DNA of 64,000 nucleotides, taken from the NCBI GenBank assembly GCA_963786935.1, contig CAWBAN010000004.1, positions 32,001 to 96,000 on the forward strand, in the 5' to 3' direction. This stretch comes from an uncultured bacterium (GTDB lineage Bacteria > Krumholzibacteriota > Krumholzibacteriia > Krumholzibacteriales > Krumholzibacteriaceae). The notes beneath the pieces are model-generated. The model made no database searches. It saw nothing but the letters and a program-made list of their open reading frames with translations, and was not told where the DNA came from. The first letter of the stretch is position 1, and every line of letters begins with the position of its first letter. Shown here piece by piece: positions 40,872 through 48,611 of the stretch. The translations under genes and the position numbers were made by a program.

Positions 40872-42272
40872 ATGGCGAAAATCGTCTGCACCATCGGCCC
40901 GGCGAGCCGCGGCCCGAAGCGGCTGAAGCAGCTCCTCGACGCGGGGATGGATGTCGCGCGGCTCAATTTCTCCCATGGCTCTCCCGACGAGCACCGGGAA
41001 GTATTCGACCGGCTCCGGCGGCTCGACCGGCGGGTCGGGATCATGCAGGATCTCGCCGGCCCCAAGATCCGGATCGGCGAGATGGAGGGAGGGCAGGCGC
41101 GCCTGCGGGACGGCGGGACGTTCGCGCTCACCGGGAAAAAGATCCTGGGAAACGAGGAGGGCGCGCACGTCGAGTACCGCTTCGGCCCCGGGGACGTGAA
41201 GGCCGGGGACGATCTCTACCTCGCCGACGGGAGCATTCACCTGATAGTCGAGAAGGTCGTCGGGCGCGAGATCCGCTGCCGGATCGTGCACGGCGGCATC
41301 CTCACGTCGCGCAAGGGGCTCAACGTGCCGCGCCTGCGGCTCGGCGGATCCCTCGGCCCGAAGGACGCGCGCGACCTCGCGTTCGGCCTTGCGATGGGAG
41401 TCGATTACGTCGCCCTGTCGTTCGTGACGTGCGCCGCCGACGTCAAGCGCGTGAAGCGCGTCATCCGGGAACGGCGGTCGCCGGCGCTCGTCGTCGCGAA
41501 GATCGAGAAGGAACGCGCGCTCGAGCGGATCGAATCGATCGTCGAGGCCTCGGACGCGATCATGATCGCGCGGGGAGACCTCGGGGTGGAAATCCCGCTC
41601 GAACGGGTGCCCGTCGCGCAAAAGGAGATCATCGACCGGTGCCGCGCGGCGGGGAAGCCGGTCATCGTGGCCACGCAGATGCTCGAGTCGTTGACCGGCG
41701 CCGAGCGCCCGACTCGCGCCGAGGCGAGCGATGTGGCGAACGCGATCCTGGACGGCGCCGACGCCGTGATGCTCTCCGCGGAAACGGCCAGCGGCCGGTT
41801 CCCGGTCGAGAGCGTCAGCGTCATGAGCCGCATCGTGCGGGAAGCGGAGCGGTATGAGCGGCGGCGCGGGAAGAGCGCGCGGGGCGAATGCTGCGCCGGA
41901 TCGGAGTGGCCGCCGGCGGATCTCGCCGAGGCCGCCTGCGAGGCCGCCGCGCGAACGGCGGCGAGCGCCGGCGCGAAGGTCGTCGTCTGCCTCACGCGGA
42001 CCGGCCGCACGGCGCGGTTGATCGCCCGCTACCGGCCGCCGGGCATGCGAATCGTGGCGATGACCGATAGTCCCGAGGTCATAAGGCAGATGAGCCTCGT
42101 TTGGGGTGTCGAAGCCCTTTCCGTCCCGCGCATCGAGAGGACGGAAAACGTGTTCGCCCTGATGAAGGAGAGGCTGCGAGCCGCCGGCGTGAGGGGGCTT
42201 GCGGTCATCGCGGCCGGGATTCCCACCTCCGAGAGGGTTCCGACGAACACCGTGCATCTCATCGACTGCTGA
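40872..42272 (+). CDS. pyk: Pyruvate kinase
   Basis: KIVCTIGPAS, RLNFSHG, DLAGPKIR, AKIE, IMIARGDLGVE, ATQMLES, PTRAE.SDVANA. Confidence 0.97.
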   Translation: MAKIVCTIGPASRGPKRLKQLLDAGMDVARLNFSHGSPDEHREVFDRLRRLDRRVGIMQDLAGPKIRIGEMEGGQARLRDGGTFALTGKKILGNEEGAHVEYRFGPGDVKAGDDLYLADGSIHLIVEKVVGREIRCRIVHGGILTSRKGLNVPRLRLGGSLGPKDARDLAFGLAMGVDYVALSFVTCAADVKRVKRVIRERRSPALVVAKIEKERALERIESIVEASDAIMIARGDLGVEIPLERVPVAQKEIIDRCRAAGKPVIVATQMLESLTGAERPTRAEASDVANAILDGADAVMLSAETASGRFPVESVSVMSRIVREAERYERRRGKSARGECCAGSEWPPADLAEAACEAAARTAASAGAKVVVCLTRTGRTARLIARYRPPGMRIVAMTDSPEVIRQMSLVWGVEALSVPRIERTENVFALMKERLRAAGVRGLAVIAAGIPTSERVPTNTVHLIDC

Positions 42273-42316
42273 GGAAACAATTTTTACGCAAAACCCTTCC
42301 AAGTAAAATATTCTTA

Positions 42317-42344
42317 TTGACATCTAAAAATGGTGTGATATAAT
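42317..42344 (+). promoter_or_regulatory. Near-consensus sigma70 promoter with extended -10
   Basis: TTGACA (42317-42322), N16, TATAAT (42339-42344) preceded by TGA. AT-rich UP-like tract upstream. Confidence 0.8.
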
Positions 42345-42349
42345 CGGGC

Positions 42350-42727
42350 CGCAATTTGGAACGCATCTTCGCTCTGCACCTCGATCTCGCACCTGTGCGC
42401 AACTTGTTTGATGACAGCCGGTTTCTTTATGCCGGAACGTTTCTTGAAATGGATAAAAACCGTGCCGTTGTGAGCTGAGCCCGCGGTAGTCCGCGATGGC
42501 ACGGTTATTGATGTAGGATGAGTCAATACGCGACACGAAGGCCTGTTAGAGCCCGCGGTTGAGTGAGTTAGAAAAGGGTTCGGGGACCCCCATCGTCAGG
42601 AGCAGAGGCTGGACGTGGCGTCGTAAGGCCGAAGGATAATAGGCAGCAAGATCGCACCCTGTTACCCCTTCGGGACTCAGAAGGATGGATTGATCAAGGG
42701 GTTGGTTGATCCATCCTTCCTTATTTT
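42350..42727 (+). ncRNA. Candidate structured non-coding RNA, family not recognised
   Basis: Strong promoter, no credible + ORF, several stems whose non-canonical pairs are G-U on the + strand, GUAA and UUCG loops, and a terminal 18-bp hairpin followed by a U-rich tail. Confidence 0.55.
42680..42727 (+). terminator. Terminator-like hairpin closing the ncRNA candidate
   Basis: GAAGGATGGATTGATCAA-GGGG-TTGGTTGATCCATCCTTC then CTTATTTT. Confidence 0.7.
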
Positions 42728-42762
42728 CGTTCGGTTCGAGGCAAAGAGTGCGGGGGCAAAGA

Positions 42763-42799
42763 GAAAGCGCCGGAGCGGGGTGGCCGCTCCGGCGCTTTC
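42763..42799. terminator. Perfect 16-bp hairpin, probable bidirectional terminator
   Basis: GAAAGCGCCGGAGCGG-GGTGG-CCGCTCCGGCGCTTTC between convergent units. Confidence 0.75.
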
Positions 42800-42890
42800 G
42801 TTTGTCGTTCCGCGCGTTCGCTCCGGGCCACCGCGAGGCGCGGCGTTTCCGTTGCCGGCCGCGCGCGGTTCCGGATCGCGCGAGATTCCC

Positions 42891-43367
42891 TCAGTCGATC
42901 GGGCCGAACCCGATGATGTCCTCGATCCCGCCCTTCCGCTGGCTCTTCGGCTTGAAGATCGCCTTCACCGGCAGGCCGAGCGCCACTTCCTCGATGCTGA
43001 TCCCCTCGAGGTAGTGGATGATGCCGCCGTCCGTGCCGTCGATCTTGATCATCGCGAGGATGCGCGGCCGGGCCTTATCCGAGCCGTCCATGTTCTTGAA
43101 CGTGACCGTGAAGGTGTCCACGTGCCCGACCGTGCCGACGTCGATGAACTTCGTCAGCTCCTCGAAGCAGCGGTCGCAGTAGATCTTCGGCGGCACGAAC
43201 GTTACGTCGCAGGCGTCGCAGCGCGTCCCGAGAAACGTCCCCTTGTCCTTGACGGCCCTGAAGAACGTCTCGCCGGCGAGCCCGTACGTGTAGACGTATC
43301 TGACCGGAATCTCCCCTTCCCAGAAGGTCGGGGTCGTCGTTTTCGTGATCTTTTCCGTGATCGCCAT
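42891..43367 (-). CDS. Zn-ribbon/OB-fold protein (DUF35/ChsH2-like)
   Basis: C..C...FVPP..YC..CF, G.V.TFT, G.PVKA.F. Confidence 0.9.
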   Translation of the reverse strand: MAITEKITKTTTPTFWEGEIPVRYVYTYGLAGETFFRAVKDKGTFLGTRCDACDVTFVPPKIYCDRCFEELTKFIDVGTVGHVDTFTVTFKNMDGSDKARPRILAMIKIDGTDGGIIHYLEGISIEEVALGLPVKAIFKPKSQRKGGIEDIIGFGPID

Positions 43368-43379
43368 CGTGGTACCCCC

Positions 43380-43937
43380 TCAGCGCTTTCTTTTCGCGGC
43401 CGTCTTCTTCGGGGCGGCGGCGCGTATCGGCTTGAAGTAGAGGATGTCGGTGATCGCGCCCGTTCGTTCCTCGGGCTTCTTCCATACGGCGCGCACCTTC
43501 ATTCCGATCTCGACGTCGTCGGGGCCGATCTCTCCGAGCATGTGCAGAATCCCCATTCCCTTCGTCGCCCCGTCGATCTGGATCACCGCCGGGAGAAGCG
43601 GCGGCTCCTTGGGGCCGCGCCGCGAGGCGTCCCAGTTGACGCGGGCGACGCTGAACGTGTTCACGACCCCCGTGTCCTCGACGTAGGCCCACTCGTCCGT
43701 CGGGCGGAAGCACAGCTCGCAGAACATCCGCGGCGGCAGCATGATGCGGTGGCACTCGTGGCAGACGCGCGCGATGATTCGCCCCTCCTTGAGCTCGGCG
43801 AGGTAGCGTCCGATCGCCACCCCGTTGTCCCACGCGTAGCCGAGGTTGGGCGTCCACTCCGTCGTGAGGACCTTGCACTTCTCGAAATCGGAAGATTTGA
43901 GGTGCGTCCCTCCGAGTTTGCAGTCTTCCAGTTTCAT
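43380..43937 (-). CDS. Zn-ribbon/OB-fold protein (DUF35/ChsH2-like)
   Basis: C.EC...MLPPR.FCE.CF, G.V.TFS, IGMKVRAVWK. Confidence 0.9.
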   Translation of the reverse strand: MKLEDCKLGGTHLKSSDFEKCKVLTTEWTPNLGYAWDNGVAIGRYLAELKEGRIIARVCHECHRIMLPPRMFCELCFRPTDEWAYVEDTGVVNTFSVARVNWDASRRGPKEPPLLPAVIQIDGATKGMGILHMLGEIGPDDVEIGMKVRAVWKKPEERTGAITDILYFKPIRAAAPKKTAAKRKR

Positions 43938-43955
43938 TGATCCGCTCCTTGTTTA

Positions 43956-45119
43956 TCAGCTTCTCAGTACGATGACCGTTCCCATCTGCATGAGGTCTCC
44001 CCACGCCTGCGCGACGCCGCACGTGGGCTTGCCGGGCACCTGGCGCTTCCCCGCTTCCCCGCGGAGCTGCAGGAAGAGCTCGATGACCTTCATGAGCCCC
44101 GTCGCCGCGATCGGATTCCCGACGCCGAGCGCGCCGCCCGAGGGGCAGACGGGGAGATTGCCGTCGCGGGCCGTGTAGCCCTCGGCGGTGAGGCGGGCCG
44201 CCTCGCCGCGCGGGCAGAGCATGAGGCCCTCCATGTGGTGGAGCTCCTTGTAGTCGAACGGATCGTAGGGCTCGGCGATATGGATCTCCTTCGCCGGCTC
44301 CTTGATTCCCGCCATGTCGTAGGCCATCCGCGCCGCCGTTTCGACGTAGCGCGGGTAGGACAGATCGCGCGTCCCCCAGTAGGCCGTGTCGATCGACATG
44401 CCGACGCCGTCGATCCAGACCGGCTTGTCGGTGAGGCGCCGCGCGACGCGCTCGCTCGCGAGCACGACGGCCGCCGCGCCGTCGGAGGCCGGGCTGATGT
44501 CGAGCCGGTTCACCGGCCAGCAGAGGGTCTCGCTGTTGAGAACGTCCTCGACGGTGATCTCCTCGGCGACCTGGGCCGAGGGATGATCGAGGGCGTTGTG
44601 CTTGTTCTTGACCGCCACGCGGGCGATGTCCGCCTTCGTGATGCCGTACGTCTGCATGTAGCGGTTCATCTCGAGGGCGAAGATCCAGATGAGCGTGGGC
44701 TTCAGGGGCTGCTCCGTCGTGTGGTCGAATATCGTGAGGAACGCCCCCTGCGGATGCGGGTGGCAGGTCGACATCTTTTCCTCGGCGACGACGAGGCAGA
44801 TGTCCGCCATGCCGCTCGCCACGTGCATCCATCCGTGGATGGGGCTGAAGACCCCCGTGCCGCCGCCGACGTAGTGGCGCATGTACGGTTTCCGGTGGGC
44901 GCCCGCGCCGTCGGCGAGGTATTCCCCCTTCATGTGGACGCCGTCGAAGGCGTCCGGCGCCGTGCCGAGCGTCACCATGTCGACGTCGTCGAGCGTGAGA
45001 CCGCAGGAGTCGAGCGCCATCTTCGATGCCTGCCAGGACAGCTCCTTCCCCGTCTCCTGCGCGCGGCGCACGAACTTCGTGATGCCGGCTCCAACGATTG
45101 CTACCTTCCTCATTCCCAT
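43956..45119 (-). CDS. Thiolase-like (SCP2/archaeal-type) protein
   Basis: KVAIVGAG.TKF, SDGAAAVVL, PSGGALGVGNPIAATG, QLRGEAG.RQV. Confidence 0.9.
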   Translation of the reverse strand: MGMRKVAIVGAGITKFVRRAQETGKELSWQASKMALDSCGLTLDDVDMVTLGTAPDAFDGVHMKGEYLADGAGAHRKPYMRHYVGGGTGVFSPIHGWMHVASGMADICLVVAEEKMSTCHPHPQGAFLTIFDHTTEQPLKPTLIWIFALEMNRYMQTYGITKADIARVAVKNKHNALDHPSAQVAEEITVEDVLNSETLCWPVNRLDISPASDGAAAVVLASERVARRLTDKPVWIDGVGMSIDTAYWGTRDLSYPRYVETAARMAYDMAGIKEPAKEIHIAEPYDPFDYKELHHMEGLMLCPRGEAARLTAEGYTARDGNLPVCPSGGALGVGNPIAATGLMKVIELFLQLRGEAGKRQVPGKPTCGVAQAWGDLMQMGTVIVLRS

Positions 45120-45132
45120 TGCAGAAGACCTC

Positions 45133-46284
45133 CTACATGTTCGAAAGGATGGCGACCGCTCCCGTCGCGGTCGGAACGCCGCGCCAGACCTGCGCGAGGC
45201 CGATGTTCACGTCGGGGATCTGCCGGGCGCCCGCGTGGCCGCGGAGCTGCTCGACGAGCTCGAGGATCTTGTGCGCTCCGGAGGCCTCGAAAAGGTGACC
45301 GACCCCGAGCGCGCCCCCCGAAACGTTGATCGGAAGCCTTCCGGTGAAGCTGGTCGCGCCGCTCTCGAGGAGGTGCGCCGCCTCCCCCGGCCGGCAGAGC
45401 TTCAGCGCTTCCATGTGCTGGAGCTCCTTGTACGAATACTCGTCGCAGATCTCGGCGAAATCGACCATGCCCACGGGGTCGGCGATTCCCGCCATCTTAT
45501 ACGCCATCTCGGCGGCGATGCGGGCGTAGGCCGCCTCGCCCCAGTCGCGCATCTCGAGGGTCGGCGTGTCGGTGCACCAGCCGAGCCCCTCGACCCATAT
45601 GGGCGTGTCGGTGAGGGTGAGAGCCGTCTCCCCGTCCGCGAGAACCGCCACGACCGCGCCGTCCGCGTGCGGGGCGATGTCGAGGCGGTGGAGCGGCAGC
45701 GAGATCGGATCGGAGTTCATGACGTCACGCTCGGTGATGTCGGCGCCGAAGGCCGCGTAGGGATTCCGCATGGCGTTCCCCTTGTTCTTCACGACGACCT
45801 TCGCGCACTGCTCCGAGGAGGTGCACGTCTCGAACATATAACGCGTCATCTCGAGCCCCGCGATCGCGTGCGGCGTCTCGCGGAGCGGGCGGTTGTAGAC
45901 GGGATCGAACGCGAACCCCATGACCTCGTCCACGTTCTTGATGTTCGACGCCTTGCTGTGGGCCTCGACCGTGACCGTCTTGAACATGCCGGTCATGATC
46001 ATCATGTAGCCCGCGGCGAGCGCCTGGATGAAATCTCCGGGGATGGTGTGCGTCGGCTTGAGGACTGCGCCGATCTGATCGGGGCAGTACTCGTCGCAGA
46101 TGCTGTAGCCTTCGATGAAGTCCTCGGCGGCGGTGATGAAGCCGTCGATCTCGCTCGGCTCGATGCCGGCGTCCGTGTACGCCTTCCGGGCGGCCTCGAA
46201 GATGAGCTCCCGGTAGGAGACATCGGGTGTGACGGACCTGAATCCGGTGGTCCCGATGCCGACGATTGCGACTCGCTTGACCAT
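45133..46284 (-). CDS. Thiolase-like (SCP2/archaeal-type) protein
   Basis: RVAIVGIG.TGF, ADGAVVAVL, NVSGGALGVGHL.EASG, QLRG.AG.RQI. Confidence 0.9.
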   Translation of the reverse strand: MVKRVAIVGIGTTGFRSVTPDVSYRELIFEAARKAYTDAGIEPSEIDGFITAAEDFIEGYSICDEYCPDQIGAVLKPTHTIPGDFIQALAAGYMMIMTGMFKTVTVEAHSKASNIKNVDEVMGFAFDPVYNRPLRETPHAIAGLEMTRYMFETCTSSEQCAKVVVKNKGNAMRNPYAAFGADITERDVMNSDPISLPLHRLDIAPHADGAVVAVLADGETALTLTDTPIWVEGLGWCTDTPTLEMRDWGEAAYARIAAEMAYKMAGIADPVGMVDFAEICDEYSYKELQHMEALKLCRPGEAAHLLESGATSFTGRLPINVSGGALGVGHLFEASGAHKILELVEQLRGHAGARQIPDVNIGLAQVWRGVPTATGAVAILSNM

Positions 46285-46430
46285 ACGTTCACCTCTCGAT
46301 CTACAGGTGCGGGCGAGACATTTTCGTAATGCCGGACTTGGGGAAAAAGAGCGGGAAAATTGTCTCATGAATTCGGACGGTGCGCAACAGGAATCTCCCG
46401 CGGCCGGGGCCGCCGTCGGCGCCCTGATGT

Positions 46431-46463
46431 AAAAAGGGCCCCCCCCTCCGGGAGAGAGCCCTT
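46431..46463 (-). terminator. Rho-independent terminator
   Basis: Minus strand AAGGGCTCTCTCC-CGGA-GGGGGGGGCCCTTTTT. Confidence 0.7.
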
Positions 46464-46500
46464 CTCGCAGCCCAGCACGGAGTAGTCGACGCGCTGGTCG

Positions 46501-47049
46501 CTAGAACAGACTCTTGATCGCGCCCCAGCTCGTTTCCTCGACGCCGATCTGCACGGGGCAGAGGATCGAGGTGAGCCCGATGATGGGGAAGAAATCGTTG
46601 TTGGGGAAGAACGTTCCCCGCAGCTCGCCGCTCGCCGGGTGCGGGCCGACGACGAGCGGGTAGTCCATGAGGCCTGCGCCGCACGGCGCGAGCGTCATGC
46701 CCTTGTACTGGCAGATCATGTTGTATCCCGGATCGAATCCGCTCAGCGGCGGCCAGAAGGCGAGCGAGTGTCCGCTCAGCGGGTCGCCCAGCTCAACGAC
46801 GACATTCGGCCCGAGCACCACGTCGCTGACGAGGAACATCCCGGTGGGGGGATAGACCAGCGAGTATTCCAGCGCCGTCACGAAGTAGTTCGCCCCATGG
46901 AGGTACAGATAGATATCGAAGAAGCTGAACGGCATGGGGTCATATGCCATTTTGCCGGGCCAGTAATCGAAATAGAGCCCCATCGTCGCCCCCCAGACCG
47001 AAGTCGTGGCGAAGATGACCAGGAAGCAAGTCAGTAGCAGCCGTTTCAT
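46501..47049 (-). CDS. Exported hypothetical protein with C-terminal SWGAIKSLF tail
   Basis: GAGGAG SD, signal peptide, ends VEETSWGAIKSLF. Confidence 0.8.
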   Translation of the reverse strand: MKRLLLTCFLVIFATTSVWGATMGLYFDYWPGKMAYDPMPFSFFDIYLYLHGANYFVTALEYSLVYPPTGMFLVSDVVLGPNVVVELGDPLSGHSLAFWPPLSGFDPGYNMICQYKGMTLAPCGAGLMDYPLVVGPHPASGELRGTFFPNNDFFPIIGLTSILCPVQIGVEETSWGAIKSLF

Positions 47050-47320
47050 GCCCGTCTCCTCTCGGTGTGTCGACCTATGTGTTTGTGATTGAGAGAGTTA
47101 TCCGGCGAGCCCTCACCTCCTCGAAGCGAAATGGTTTCCATGCGGCCGACGGTGAAAAGACACCACGGGTGCGGAGCGGGATGCGGGGCGGTTGTGGTGA
47201 TTTTACGGCGCAATCATAGCACCAATCGGCCGAGAGGTCAAGGGGGAAGCGCCGCCCGGCTGCCGCCCGGCGGGATCTCGCTCGCTGCGCTGCGACCTCG
47301 CTTGAACGGGCGATGCGAAG

Positions 47321-47350
47321 AAAAGGGCCGCCCCCTCGAGAGGGCGGCCC
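47321..47350 (-). terminator. Rho-independent terminator
   Basis: Minus strand GGGCCGCCCTC-TCGA-GGGGGCGGCCCTTTT. Confidence 0.75.
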
Positions 47351-47390
47351 CACAGACCGAAGAATCGATCCGTTTCGCGGTCCCGGCGAT

Positions 47391-48341
47391 CTATTTATAC
47401 TGCTGCTTGATGTCGCTCCATGTGGTGGATTCCACGGAGACCTCGCCCGGCCTGATCGAGAAAGTCAAATCGTACCACCCGCACGTTCCATCGAGGTAGG
47501 CGTCCACGGCCACGTAGACCGTAATCGCCGTCGGACCGTTGTTCGCGTAGGTGACGACCTCGGGATCTCCGAAGAGCCCGTTGTCGGCGAACGCGACGCA
47601 CTGGAACGGCTCGGTGCACGTGCCCAGCACCCATATGGCGGGATCGAACTGCTCGCTGATCAGCGTGGCGGTGAAGCTGCTCCACGGGGCCATGGTGACG
47701 GCGTAGTAATCCTCGAGGCCGTTTTCGGGCCAGCTGTTGCAATCGAGCTGGCTCAGGAGATTCTCGCCGCCGGGGCACGAAGAAACGAAGAAAACGGTAT
47801 CGACGACCGCTTCCGCCATCTCGCAGAAGGAGGCCGGCGGAGGAAGCGGGGCGCCCGTGACCGTCAGGATGAACGGGCAGCCTTCCTCGCTGTAGCCGTC
47901 GACGACGAGGTAGATGTCGCCGGAGACGGGCTCCGTCGTGGCGAAGCCGGCGTCGACGACATCGATGCAGCCCGCGGCTTCATCGCACATGTTGAGGATG
48001 GCCAGATCGAGGTCGCAGCCTTGTCCCTCGATGGTGGCTTCGAACATGGCGGGCTCGCTCAGGTAGAGATGGAACACGACTTCTCCGCCCGGCTCGTACC
48101 AGGGGTTGCAGCCGTACGCCGCCACGTTGCTGATGAGCCCCGTGTTGTCGCCGTAATAGACGTTATTCAGGGTGATCTCGGTGGCTCCGGAGCAGTCGAG
48201 CAGGCCCGCCGCGGCGGCCGGCATGATCGTCTTCCCGGTCGGGACGTTCCCGATCGGCCTTATGGAGCTCTTCGAAATCTCCGCGTTCGCGGAAACCGCG
48301 AGAAGCATGATCCCGAGGACAGCGATAGCCATAAGCCTCAT
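47391..48341 (-). CDS. Exported Cys-rich protein with two PPC-like beta domains and C-terminal TWSDIK tail
   Basis: GAGGAGG SD, signal peptide, paired motifs DLDLAIL/FDPAIWV and YLVVDGY/YVAVDAY, ends VESTTWSDIKQQYK. Confidence 0.75.
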   Translation of the reverse strand: MRLMAIAVLGIMLLAVSANAEISKSSIRPIGNVPTGKTIMPAAAAGLLDCSGATEITLNNVYYGDNTGLISNVAAYGCNPWYEPGGEVVFHLYLSEPAMFEATIEGQGCDLDLAILNMCDEAAGCIDVVDAGFATTEPVSGDIYLVVDGYSEEGCPFILTVTGAPLPPPASFCEMAEAVVDTVFFVSSCPGGENLLSQLDCNSWPENGLEDYYAVTMAPWSSFTATLISEQFDPAIWVLGTCTEPFQCVAFADNGLFGDPEVVTYANNGPTAITVYVAVDAYLDGTCGWYDLTFSIRPGEVSVESTTWSDIKQQYK

Positions 48342-48474
48342 GTTGTCCGACCTCCTCGAAACAGGGTGAAAGGAAAATAATTAAGAACAATTATCACACA
48401 AATCGCAAGGAAAGTCAATGCAATTACTTGATTCCTGTGGGCTTGGATAAACAGGGTCGGGAGCATTCTGCCTT

Positions 48475-48513
48475 TTGACAAACTCCCCCAAAAGCAGTAG
48501 ATTTTGCTATAAT
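48475..48513 (+). promoter_or_regulatory. Putative sigma70 promoter for pckA
   Basis: TTGACA-N17-TAGATT plus a nearby TGCTATAAT extended -10. Confidence 0.5.
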
Positions 48514-48611
48514 TTTAAGGTTGCGAAATATCGCATATCGGCCTGGGGTCTGCGGGCAACCGGCGGCGAAGGTGCCGCCATCGAAAACGCGAAGGGAGAA
48601 AAGGGATTATC

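Noticed and set aside
42350..42727. RNase P RNA, tmRNA, SRP RNA or riboswitch identity for the ncRNA candidate
   Set aside because: No GAGGAAAGTCC core, no tRNA-like ends or CCA, and no SRP helix-8 GGAA motif were seen. There is no downstream co-oriented gene for a riboswitch to control.
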